Assembly (NCBI GenBank): GCA_016839275.1
Contig: JAEOUM010000117.1
Location: forward strand, 1 to 61,860
Length of the DNA stretch: 61,860 nt
Direction: 5' to 3'
From: Candidatus Thorarchaeota archaeon
GTDB taxonomy: Archaea > Asgardarchaeota > Thorarchaeia > Thorarchaeales > Thorarchaeaceae
Shown: positions 36,371 to 45,536 of the stretch, in pieces
Position numbering within the stretch: the stretch's first letter is position 1
How the letters are laid out: each line of letters begins with the position of its first letter
Notes under the pieces: generated by a model
What the model was told of the DNA's origin: nothing
Seen by the model: the letters and a program-made list of their open reading frames with translations, nothing else
Database searches by the model: none
Program-made: the position numbers and the translations under genes

Positions 36371-38065
36371 TTACCTAGGAGAAACGCCAACAAATTTCAT
36401 TGGATGCCCATATGACCACATTCTCTCACCAAGTCTTTCAAAATCTGTCGCGTCACTACAATTTCGAACCGTTTCTATTAATGTATCGATAACGCTCTGG
36501 TGGTTTTCTATATCAAGACTTCTCGCAAGAATCTGAAATATGCCATCTTGTGCCCAATGTATTATATTTGGATTTGTAACATCATACAAAACATTAGTGC
36601 CAAGGAATTCCAACAATCCATCTTTCATACCTTTCCGAATCTCAACAATCTCCTTGACATAACGTAGTGACTCCCCAGGTTTTGGTCTTTCTAAGGTGAT
36701 AATAAGATCCATCATTCCAAGGTTGGATCTTTCAATCTCATGCCCAATGTTCCATCTTGATATCAGACTAGAAGCTGAATCACTATGACAAGTCTGTATC
36801 GAGCGTAGTCCTGCTGCAATTGCTTGGAATAAAGCTTGGCTATGTTCAGCGGTCTGAATTTCACCAAGAATCAGGTAGTCCGGTGACCGGTGGAGACATT
36901 TAACAATCTCCTCACTTTTGTTCAGTATTTTATGATAATCATCAACAGGATTGACCTGTAGTCTGACTTGATGTTGATTTGCCAACGACCTACTCTCAAT
37001 TGCATCTTCTATGTAGATTTTCCTCCACCACTGAGGTGTAATCATGTCAAGTGCATTTAGAAGCGTTGTTTTTCCTGTTCCTGGTCCCCCAGTGATAGTA
37101 ATGTTGAGTCTACTTACAATGGCTAATATCAATATTGCCGCAGCTTCAGGCGTAATAGTATTATTCTCTATGAGGCTCTTTATCGAGAATGGCTCTTTAC
37201 GAGCACGACGAATTTCAAGATACAAGCCCTCTGTACTTAGAGGTGGCACGCTAGCTGATAAACGTAGAATTATGCCTAATAGATTTAATTCCATTTTAAG
37301 AGATGGATTTCCTCTATCAAGATGCAGATTGCTCTCAGCTCTAATGAATGTAATAATCCGTGGAATTTCTTCTGCGCGGTAAGTAATCGATGTGATGCAT
37401 CTACCGAATTTTTGGTGATCAAAATACACTTCAGTATCTGCTCCATCAAAATATACCTCCTCCGTTAATTCATCCAAAAGAATCGGGATTAGAGGACCTA
37501 AGATGCTTGTTGAATGAGCAGCTATTTGAGAGAGTCTTGTTCTTGTATTTTCATTGATTTCTGGAATATGTTGCTGGATATAATCCGAGATCTCTCTCAT
37601 CACTCTATCCTGTTGTCTTGTTGCCTGTTCTCTACTCCCCGAGATAGGACTCATAAAACTCTTGAACTCACTGGCAAGGTCATTCAATAATGAAAGCTCT
37701 AGGGAGGTTCTTACTATAGGTATACACATGTATCTAACTTGACGATTTTCGCCTTGGTTCATGAAGAAACACAAATAGGGTCCAACACAATAAACATCAA
37801 CGAGCTCATCAAGCTCATGAAAAAGAACATTATTAGCTCCAATGAATACTGATTCCCATCTCTCTGAGTACCACGGAGCATCGTCTAATGAAGGAAATTC
37901 CGGAAACCAAAAATGCAGTAGTCCACGTTCTTTTTCAGTAAGAACAATGGGCCTATCACATGCTTCTACCAATACATGGAGCTTCTGGCATATTGAACTA
38001 GTTCTTTCGCAACAATCTTCACATCTATCCACTGGACAATGGATGATAGTCACTTCCGGTTTCAT
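36371..38065 (-). CDS. Type II/IV secretion-system ATPase (TadA/CpaF/PilB/FlaI family)
   Basis: Walker A TGGPGTGKTTLLNAL. Walker B/Asp box SPDYLILGEIQTAE. His box TCHSDS. The N-terminus is Cys-rich (HCPVDRCEDCCE). Confidence 0.8.
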   Translation of the reverse strand: MKPEVTIIHCPVDRCEDCCERTSSICQKLHVLVEACDRPIVLTEKERGLLHFWFPEFPSLDDAPWYSERWESVFIGANNVLFHELDELVDVYCVGPYLCFFMNQGENRQVRYMCIPIVRTSLELSLLNDLASEFKSFMSPISGSREQATRQQDRVMREISDYIQQHIPEINENTRTRLSQIAAHSTSILGPLIPILLDELTEEVYFDGADTEVYFDHQKFGRCITSITYRAEEIPRIITFIRAESNLHLDRGNPSLKMELNLLGIILRLSASVPPLSTEGLYLEIRRARKEPFSIKSLIENNTITPEAAAILILAIVSRLNITITGGPGTGKTTLLNALDMITPQWWRKIYIEDAIESRSLANQHQVRLQVNPVDDYHKILNKSEEIVKCLHRSPDYLILGEIQTAEHSQALFQAIAAGLRSIQTCHSDSASSLISRWNIGHEIERSNLGMMDLIITLERPKPGESLRYVKEIVEIRKGMKDGLLEFLGTNVLYDVTNPNIIHWAQDGIFQILARSLDIENHQSVIDTLIETVRNCSDATDFERLGERMWSYGHPMKFVGVSPR

Positions 38066-38128
38066 TCGAAATATCCCCTATTGACAGATGTCTTTACAAA
38101 TAATACAATATTAACCTGTAATAGCAAG

Positions 38129-39172
38129 TCACTGTACAACCTCACCAGAGAGCTCGATAATCTTCTTCATCATCCCAAAATGGTCTCTGATGCTATACTC
38201 CGCCACCTCAGTCGCTGTTGATGTCAATTTCTGAGTCAAGACAGGGCTTTTTCCATATTCCGCAGCAATTAAACGATCACTTGCATAAGCTACTGAAACC
38301 GTGAATATGAATGGATTACGACCTCCACGTTTTGAAGATGGTATCATTTCTAGAACTGTCGATATTTTCTCTCTGAGCGCATTCTCATACGATTTGAGAT
38401 CCCACCCACGGGACTTTATCTTGCTAGATACTCGTGCATTATTCATTAACATTGAAAGCACTCGCGGAACATAGTCTTTCGGCTTACGAATTTCTGGGGC
38501 GTAACCTGTCAGTGACTTGAGTCGAAGGGCCTCTCGTACCATTGCTCTAACATTAACACGGTGTCCACATTTCTCAAAGACATCCGCTATCTCATCTAGT
38601 GTTATGGGCGCTCCGTCCTTGAACTCTCTCACGGCCATGAGAAGACATACTGCAATGAGTAGAATATTATTTCCCACACTTCCTGCAGTTTCTGAAGTTA
38701 CCTTTTTGTAGAGGTATGCTGTACGGTCTCGTACTTGCTCATTTAACATCAATAACTTAGACACGTGATTAAGAGTTCTGAGAGCTCGATATTTCGCCTC
38801 ATTCTTTCCAATTCTGATTCGTGTGCTATATATTATCTTGAGTCTTTTGAATTTCTTCTGTGTGCGTGCAGTTAATGCTTGGCCATGTGCATCTTGAAAG
38901 TATTTGTCCTTGTGAAATCCTATATAGCTTCCAAGACCATCAACAATATGCATTCTGTTTCCTAATGATACATACACACTAGCTTCGGGAGTATCACCAT
39001 AGCGTTCTTCGCCCATCTGGTATGTAGGGAAGACATACTCCCTAGAGATGACCAAACCGCACTCTGCACATACTATATGTCCTCGACTAGTAATCAAAAA
39101 ACCGCTACAATCTGGACATTTCAATGACGATATTGAACGAGATTCATATGTTCCATCAGTCAAAAACCACAC
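38129..39172 (-). CDS. tfb: Transcription initiation factor IIB (TFB)
   Basis: N-terminal zinc ribbon CPDCSG...CAECG, followed by two cyclin-like helical repeats. Confidence 0.75.
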   Translation of the reverse strand: MWFLTDGTYESRSISSLKCPDCSGFLITSRGHIVCAECGLVISREYVFPTYQMGEERYGDTPEASVYVSLGNRMHIVDGLGSYIGFHKDKYFQDAHGQALTARTQKKFKRLKIIYSTRIRIGKNEAKYRALRTLNHVSKLLMLNEQVRDRTAYLYKKVTSETAGSVGNNILLIAVCLLMAVREFKDGAPITLDEIADVFEKCGHRVNVRAMVREALRLKSLTGYAPEIRKPKDYVPRVLSMLMNNARVSSKIKSRGWDLKSYENALREKISTVLEMIPSSKRGGRNPFIFTVSVAYASDRLIAAEYGKSPVLTQKLTSTATEVAEYSIRDHFGMMKKIIELSGEVVQ

Positions 39173-39340
39173 CCAGTAAGAAGTGTATACATCCTCTCAT
39201 AACTGGGTTTCATCTATAGTTAATACACTTGTACTGGTTAGAAATCCATTGGAGTGAACATAATCATTTATTACGAGAATTTGGACGGCTCGGTCAGAAA
39301 GAGATGCCCGAAAGTAATCAAATGTTCAGTGAGAGCTAAA

Positions 39341-39721
39341 TCATTTGATTGTCATATAGAATTTGTCTGAGTCAAAAGTACTGCTTTGACTAGGTGTTGC
39401 CTTTGCAAGGGTCACTACTAATCGCAAACCACCAATAGATCCAACAACTTCTAGACCCTCTTTATTCGTTCTCTTGAATACATTGCCTTCGACATAGAGC
39501 TTGGATGATTCCCCTGCTGGTATGGGCTTTGAATCAATTATAATACCGATATTATCACCCACCGTTAATGAACCACAGAGTGCTTCCGGTAGTTCAAGTG
39601 TGAGACTAACTCCCTCAGCTTTTGATGATATCTTCAGTATTTTTAATCTCCTTGTTTCAGCATCTTCAACAGCATCGATGATTGTATTCTTAAACCTGAT
39701 AACCATGAGAGTATTCTCCAA
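39341..39721 (-). CDS. rpo8: Probable RNA polymerase subunit Rpo8 (RpoG, Rpb8-like)
   Basis: 126 aa. The C-terminal pattern VVGSIGGLRLVVTLAK...DKFYMTIK parallels the crenarchaeal Rpo8 / eukaryotic Rpb8 pattern (SFGGLLMRL...LYLLI) as I recall it. Confidence 0.45.
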   Translation of the reverse strand: MENTLMVIRFKNTIIDAVEDAETRRLKILKISSKAEGVSLTLELPEALCGSLTVGDNIGIIIDSKPIPAGESSKLYVEGNVFKRTNKEGLEVVGSIGGLRLVVTLAKATPSQSSTFDSDKFYMTIK

Positions 39722-39829
39722 TATTTCAGAGGGTTAGACTCAAGGCTGGTCCAGTGACGAATTAAACCTGTCGTTACTTCCATGTGCTCTTTTTTAGGCA
39801 TTGTATAGACTTTCTTTTGGTGCTAAAAA

Positions 39830-41692
39830 GTGCGAAAAAGAGGCCTCGCAGTAATTTCCATCTCTCTATTAATTGTGTTCGGATTGACGCTACCAGCCAC
39901 AGCATTCTATTTTGACTTTCAGTATTTTGAAACCGATAAAATGGTCTATGAGGTCGGTGAAACTATTGAAATGGCTGCCAGATTAATTGCTGACTTTAGT
40001 CCTGAAGGATGGTGCTATGTTTCCTTTGCTGTTGTTACTGATTTAGGGCCCGCCTTTGCAGATGAGTATTTCATTCCTCCTCTGCCAAATGCACGTATAG
40101 TAAACTCCTCATACACAATCTTTCCAGAACACGTTAATCCGGGAGAGAATAGTTCTTTTGCTTTTGTGCTATTTAACGTTGAAATATTTGATACAGTATC
40201 TCAGGGTGCAGAGGATAGTATTGAGGTAAGTATCACCAGAGGTCACCTTACAGTAATCCCATTATCTTCATTAATTGTGCAAACCGGAACGAATACCACG
40301 TTCAGTCTAAAAGTTGTATCTGTATATGATGACAACATCCCCTATAGTAGTGAATCTATTAATCTCCATGTCAAAGATCCCAGTTCAGCCACTATTGTTA
40401 ACAGTAATATCTCTACAAACCCCGATGGGACATTCAGTCTAGACTGGAACAGCTCAATGGTTCTTCCCGGAATCTATGACTTGATTATCACTGGATATGG
40501 GAATGCTGATTTTCTCAGTTTTACTAAAACATTGCATGTTAATGTTGTCCCCGCCGCCTCTAGTCTCACTCTTCTCACTGCACCGGAATCAATTCCGTGC
40601 CAATCTCCTGATGGAAGTCATTTTGAGTATGCAGACATATTTGTCAAACATGAAGCTACAGATCAAACCGGAATTGACGATAGTATACTTTATTGGAATA
40701 CAAGCTTTGGAAGTGGCGAATTAACAAATCTTGGTAATGGTGAATATAAGACTACAATTCCATTTCAAACAGCCTCAGGATTCCATTTAATCAATATAAC
40801 AGCTATCAATCCAGCTTACCAGACAGCTAACATATCTATACCAATCGAGGTTATCAGAAACACACTCTCCTTCTGTCCAATCCAAAACAATTGGTCGGTT
40901 GTACATGGGAACACAACAACCATTGATTTCATAATCGACGAGGAATTCAACTGGGGTGAAGATATACTCATCGAATTCATAGATGATTATAGAGAAATTA
41001 ATGTTTCAACAGATGTGTTGCCCGATTGCAGTAATACATTGGTGTTTACTGCTTGGAATAATCTATCCATAGGTCCTCATACAATTCATCCTCACATCAA
41101 GGGCGACTACTATGCTTTTTCAAACAACACTTCTTCATTCGAACTTATTATTCTTGGAAAAGTTAGTTTTAATATATCCGTAATATCTGCTTATTATGCT
41201 GAAAGCATTCAACTGAATCTTGAAGCTATTGAATTGATTAATTCCACAGTTGAATTGGCTACAGTAAACTTATACTACGGTAACGAAACCACTCCTTTCG
41301 GCACCTTAGAAAGCACTAACTTGACTCAAATGCTAACAATAGACTTACCGCAGTGGATATATCCTGGATTTCATTTATTATGCTTGAAAGTTTCAGTTCC
41401 TTATTATGTTCCTGCTCTCAATTTGATAAATGTATCAATCTGGATGAGAACAAATATCACAATTACTATTGAAACTGATGTCACACCAATATCTCTTTAC
41501 AATATAGATTCTGTTACTTTTCCAATTACCTATGATTGTTCCATTGCTTCAACCAGCTCATTAGGTTCAATCATTCGACCGCCACCTATTTTATTCAGTG
41601 GTACCACAACAACTGAGTCCTTCACCACGCGTAATACCTCTCTTGATAATTGCCCAAGATTCAATTCTGGAACTAGAATTTTTTCCACTTGA
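39830..41692 (+). CDS. Secreted sequon-rich protein (620 aa), unknown function
   Basis: Signal peptide RKRGLAVISISLLIVFGLTLPATA and many N-x-S/T sites. The last ~54 codons run antisense to korA, so the true 3' end is uncertain. Confidence 0.5.
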   Translation: MRKRGLAVISISLLIVFGLTLPATAFYFDFQYFETDKMVYEVGETIEMAARLIADFSPEGWCYVSFAVVTDLGPAFADEYFIPPLPNARIVNSSYTIFPEHVNPGENSSFAFVLFNVEIFDTVSQGAEDSIEVSITRGHLTVIPLSSLIVQTGTNTTFSLKVVSVYDDNIPYSSESINLHVKDPSSATIVNSNISTNPDGTFSLDWNSSMVLPGIYDLIITGYGNADFLSFTKTLHVNVVPAASSLTLLTAPESIPCQSPDGSHFEYADIFVKHEATDQTGIDDSILYWNTSFGSGELTNLGNGEYKTTIPFQTASGFHLINITAINPAYQTANISIPIEVIRNTLSFCPIQNNWSVVHGNTTTIDFIIDEEFNWGEDILIEFIDDYREINVSTDVLPDCSNTLVFTAWNNLSIGPHTIHPHIKGDYYAFSNNTSSFELIILGKVSFNISVISAYYAESIQLNLEAIELINSTVELATVNLYYGNETTPFGTLESTNLTQMLTIDLPQWIYPGFHLLCLKVSVPYYVPALNLINVSIWMRTNITITIETDVTPISLYNIDSVTFPITYDCSIASTSSLGSIIRPPPILFSGTTTTESFTTRNTSLDNCPRFNSGTRIFST

Positions 41693-42663
41693 TTACCGAA
41701 TTTTCTTACAACATCGTCCGGAAAGGGCCATAGTGTTCGAAGTCGCAAAGATTTCACATTTGCCTCAGTTATCATCAATTCATCAACGGATCTCGATGTG
41801 GAACCAAAGGAAATGATACCCCATTCTGCAGTTTCTGGTCCAGATATAATATAGTCATCAAGTAGACTTCGTGCGTTTAGAATCTTCGAGGTGATTCTTC
41901 GAATAAGTTTGTCATGCGTTTCAGAATCTGATGTCCTTCTAAAACCAGTGTCATCATGCGTTGATCCTGTTACCAATAAATTATGTCCATCACCGAATTT
42001 AGGCATTATCGCTCGATTGTTTGAGTCGACACCACCGAAGTGTGGCTCATTCAAACTTGCGAATCTGCGTTGCACTTTCGAACTAGTTTCAATAATTACT
42101 TTCTCCCGTGAATGCGCTACTATCTCATCTGAGAGTATAATGACTGGGTGTCGCAACCTTTCTGAAAGTTCAAACGCTCTAATTGTGAGCTCGTATGTTT
42201 CTTGAGAAGAACTAGGTGCAAGTACAATCATCTCATGGTCTCCATGGGTACCCCATCTAGCCTGCATCAAATCCCCTTGGGCTGCCTTTGTTGCTTGTCC
42301 AGTGCTTGGTCCTCCTCTCTGAACATCAACAATCACGCACGGTGTTTCAGTCATTACCGCATACCCAATGTTTTCTTGCATCAGACTAAAACCAGGTCCG
42401 GAAGTTGCAGTCATAGATAATGCTCCTCCCCACGCCGCTCCAATAATAGCAGATATTGCAGCTATCTCATCTTCCATCTGGATATAGATACCACCAATCT
42501 TGGGCAGTTTTAGAGACATTATTTCTGCAATCTCTGAGGCGGGAGTTATTGGATAACCCGCGAAAAATCTACAACCAGCTGCAATTGCAGCTTCAGCACA
42601 GGCTTGGTTTCCCTGCCAGAAATGAGTTTTCGCACTCTCGGATACCATGATTAAATCTCTCAC
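41530..42663 (-). CDS. korA: 2-oxoacid:ferredoxin oxidoreductase alpha subunit
   Basis: GNQACAEAAIAAGCRFFAGYPITPASEI, TATSGPGFSLM and VDVQRGGPSTG. Confidence 0.85.
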   Translation of the reverse strand: MRDLIMVSESAKTHFWQGNQACAEAAIAAGCRFFAGYPITPASEIAEIMSLKLPKIGGIYIQMEDEIAAISAIIGAAWGGALSMTATSGPGFSLMQENIGYAVMTETPCVIVDVQRGGPSTGQATKAAQGDLMQARWGTHGDHEMIVLAPSSSQETYELTIRAFELSERLRHPVIILSDEIVAHSREKVIIETSSKVQRRFASLNEPHFGGVDSNNRAIMPKFGDGHNLLVTGSTHDDTGFRRTSDSETHDKLIRRITSKILNARSLLDDYIISGPETAEWGIISFGSTSRSVDELMITEANVKSLRLRTLWPFPDDVVRKFGNQVEKILVPELNLGQLSREVLRVVKDSVVVVPLNKIGGGRMIEPNELVEAMEQS

Positions 42664-42875
42664 TATCGCGGTCCTCTAATATTCAAGATAAGCATACTCT
42701 TAGGGGCTTCTCAAGTGTTTTCTTACCGATGATCTTTTATCAACTATGGCTTGGACGAGTTCCATGGTGACCGTGGTCTAGCTTGGTTAAAACCGAAATC
42801 TCTCACTGACCTTTTTCTAGGGCTTAAATATCAATAATCTTAAATCGCAACAAGAAACAACCGTGCTCTGGAATT

Positions 42876-42950
42876 GCGATCGTTGTCTAGGGGTTATGAT
42901 GCAGGCTTCCCAAGCCTGCGACCCGGGTTCGAATCCCGGCGATCGCACCA
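42876..42950 (+). tRNA. tRNA-Gly(CCC), intron-less; CCA is encoded
   Basis: GCGATCG-TT-GTCT-AGGGGTTA-TGAT-G-CAGGC-TTCCCAA-GCCTG-CGAC-CCGGG-TTCGAAT-CCCGG-CGATCGC-A-CCA. Confidence 0.85.
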
Positions 42951-42956
42951 TTTTTT
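42951..42956 (+). terminator. Oligo-T tract immediately after tRNA-Gly
   Basis: TTTTTT follows the CCA end. Archaeal RNA polymerase terminates at T-runs. Confidence 0.4.
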
Positions 42957-43166
42957 AAATTTCGTCAAGTTTATCGGCAAAGTAGACATAGTTCAATCAG
43001 CGAGTGATGATTGCCATGACCCCGATGAGTCAGCAATGACAATGATATGGATCTTGAGTTAGGAGCTCGCTAATACTTTCGGAAACCTCCCCTCATAATG
43101 TACTTTTAATCGTACAGTCCGCAAATGCTTTTAAGGACGCTATAATAGAGTTGTTTTTGGACTGCC

Positions 43167-44372
43167 ATGGTTCATGATTATGTTGAAGACGAATTGAGCA
43201 GACGAAGTGTTTTCAAGTCTGAGCAATTTCTATCAATTGATTATGTACCCGAGAGCCTACCACATCGTCAATCTGAACTCAGAACGCTGGCTCAAAACTT
43301 CACGACTCTAATTCGTTCGCCAGGTAGAACCAGCCACAAATTCATCATTGAAGGTCCAGTCGGAACCGGAAAGACTGCAGTTGCTAAAAGATTCGCTGAA
43401 CAAATGGTCCAAGCCGCGGAACGACGAGAGATTAATCTTCACAATATACACATCAATTGCCGTGTCAATAAGACAGCCTATCTTGTTTTTCTACGTGCGC
43501 TCCGTGAATTCAAACCAGAATTTCCCCGGCGCGGTCATTCTCCTGAAGAATTACTTCAAATGTTGGTTGAAGTTCTCGATGAAGAAGATCGATACCTTTT
43601 GCTCATTCTTGATGAACTTGATTATTTCATCCGGCAAAGAGGTGCTGATATTCTATACGATTTAACAAGACTCACAGATGACAGATTAAATGCAAAACAA
43701 CGTGTTTCAATAATCGCAATAGGGCGTAGGATACCATTTGATGAAGATGCTGTTGATTCAAGTACACTGAGTACCCTCCAACGGAATATCTTACGGTTTT
43801 CCAAGTACGGTAGAAACGCTCTATATGATATTCTCAAAAACCGTGTTGACATGGCTTTTGAAAAGAATGCCGTTATGGATGAGACTCTCCATGTTATCTC
43901 AGATATTGCATCAGAAAGAGGTGATGCACGATATGCTATCGAGCTTCTATGGAGAGCAGGAAAACAAGCTGATAGTAGTCAAGTGAGTACAGTAGTTCCA
44001 GATTTCGCTCGTCAAGCAAAAGCAGACACACATCCTGAATTACGAAAGGAAATATTCAGCACGCTCACTCCTCAACACAAACTGTTTCTTCTAGCCACAG
44101 CTCGTCAGTTGAAAGAAACGCGTAGTGATTATGTTACCATAGGTGAGGTTGAAGAGATGTATCACTCAGCATGTGAGGAATATAGAAAAGAGCCAAGAGC
44201 GCACACCCAGATTTGGGAATGGGTTCAAGATCTTAACGCTCATGGAATAATCGATACGAAACGATCAGGAAGTGGCCAGAGAGGTCAGACAACACTCATT
44301 GGGCTTTCTGATGTTCCTGCAGAGATGTTAGAACACTTTATAGCTCATCTTCTAGATTCAAAGGAGTTGTGA
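43167..44372 (+). CDS. orc1: Orc1/Cdc6 replication initiator
   Basis: Walker A GPVGTGKT, Walker B LILDELD, sensor-2 GDARYAIELL and a C-terminal winged helix. Confidence 0.9.
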   Translation: MVHDYVEDELSRRSVFKSEQFLSIDYVPESLPHRQSELRTLAQNFTTLIRSPGRTSHKFIIEGPVGTGKTAVAKRFAEQMVQAAERREINLHNIHINCRVNKTAYLVFLRALREFKPEFPRRGHSPEELLQMLVEVLDEEDRYLLLILDELDYFIRQRGADILYDLTRLTDDRLNAKQRVSIIAIGRRIPFDEDAVDSSTLSTLQRNILRFSKYGRNALYDILKNRVDMAFEKNAVMDETLHVISDIASERGDARYAIELLWRAGKQADSSQVSTVVPDFARQAKADTHPELRKEIFSTLTPQHKLFLLATARQLKETRSDYVTIGEVEEMYHSACEEYRKEPRAHTQIWEWVQDLNAHGIIDTKRSGSGQRGQTTLIGLSDVPAEMLEHFIAHLLDSKEL

Positions 44373-44379
44373 AATTTTA

Positions 44380-44664
44380 GTGAAAACAGACAGCTCTCCG
44401 AAAATTGCAATTGAAGATCTTTTTTCATCTAGAGGAAGAATCAAGATACTTAGAGAACTTGCAGAATCTAATGAATTGAACATCTCAGAGCTTTGTAGGA
44501 GAGTAGATCTTAATCACAGCTCAACAAAGTCACACCTTGAAGTGCTTTTGAGCTCCGGACTAATCGAAGAGAAGAGATTTGGTCGAATTAAGATATATCG
44601 CTATAAGATTGAGGACTTGAGAGCACGCTCACTCCGGAGCTTCTTCGATCTCTGGGAATCATGA
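44380..44664 (+). CDS. ArsR/SmtB-type winged-helix transcriptional regulator
   Basis: RIKILRELAESNELNISELCRRVDLNHSSTKSHLEVLLSSGLIEEKRFGRIKIYR. GTG start. Confidence 0.65.
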   Translation: MKTDSSPKIAIEDLFSSRGRIKILRELAESNELNISELCRRVDLNHSSTKSHLEVLLSSGLIEEKRFGRIKIYRYKIEDLRARSLRSFFDLWES

Positions 44665-44678
44665 AGGAGTCTTAATAG

Positions 44679-45536
44679 ATGACAGACTATTTGGCGCGTC
44701 TGTTCTATCTTGGAGACCGCTATTACGGATCTCAGATACAACCTGGGCTAAAAACAGTCCAAGGAGAGCTTATCAAAGCTGTTTCGAAATGGAGTGGAGA
44801 AACCCACTCTTCGCATACAATTCAATTATCCGGGCGAACTGATAGAGGAGTTCACAGTCTAGGGCAATTGGTGATGATTACTACTGACAAGCGTTTCTCC
44901 ATCGATGGTATCAATAAGCATCTCCCTGAAGATATTGTACTTTGGGCACGAGTGCAGGCTCCTGAGGGATTTAGACCGCGTTCTGGTGCTTTAATGCGCC
45001 ACTACCGGTATTTCCTAGACGAATCTTGGAACAATATCAATCAGAACTACATTAGAGAAGCAATCTCTCTGGTTGTAGGATCAAATGATTTTAACTTCCT
45101 TTCAAAACCTGATGAACGCAGAAATACTGTTACCACAGTATTGAATGTGGCTTTTAGTGAGGTCCCTAATTTAAAATTTTTAGATATCTATGGAACCAGT
45201 TTCCTATGGAAGTTTGTGCGAAAAGTTGTGACATTATTGACTGCAATCGGTTTGGGGAAGATAAAACCTGAAACAATTCTTGAAATCCTTAATGGAAGCA
45301 AGAAAACTGTTCGAGGTGGAATAGAACCTGCACCACCAGAAAACCTTGTACTCATGGAAACTATTGTACCTTTCCGATTTATTACTAGTAAGTATGCACT
45401 ACGAAGAATTCAGAATTATCTTAATACTCGACGTGAATTTCTTAGACGATCTAGTATAACACTATTCGGTCTTACTGACCACTTCTCTTCTTCAATGATG
45501 TCTTATCAACACTCAACCAATTCGCATAATCCGTGA
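44679..45536 (+). CDS. truA: tRNA pseudouridine(38-40) synthase TruA/Pus1 family
   Basis: YYGSQIQPGLKTVQGEL and the catalytic loop SGRTDRGVHSLGQ. Confidence 0.85.
   Translation: MTDYLARLFYLGDRYYGSQIQPGLKTVQGELIKAVSKWSGETHSSHTIQLSGRTDRGVHSLGQLVMITTDKRFSIDGINKHLPEDIVLWARVQAPEGFRPRSGALMRHYRYFLDESWNNINQNYIREAISLVVGSNDFNFLSKPDERRNTVTTVLNVAFSEVPNLKFLDIYGTSFLWKFVRKVVTLLTAIGLGKIKPETILEILNGSKKTVRGGIEPAPPENLVLMETIVPFRFITSKYALRRIQNYLNTRREFLRRSSITLFGLTDHFSSSMMSYQHSTNSHNP

Noticed and set aside
42995-43055. Possible box C/D sRNA (GTGATGA ... CGATGAG ... TCTTGAG) between tRNA-Gly and orc1.
   Set aside because: No proper CUGA D/D' boxes at the required 12-nt spacing, and no terminal stem.
43075-43093. ORB-like string CTTTCGGAAACCTCCCCTC upstream of orc1 (and a similar TTCGGAAACTCTCTCC at 13-28).
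   Set aside because: It lacks the TCCA-N-TGGA dyad and has a C-tract where ORBs have a G-tract on the same strand. It is a single copy with no AT-rich partner region.
45472-45536. A 65-nt convergent overlap of the truA and rfcL 3' ends, and a 21-nt overlap of hel308 and the deacetylase gene (52830-52850).
   Set aside because: Short convergent overlaps are common in compact archaeal genomes. Both protein C-termini look plausible.
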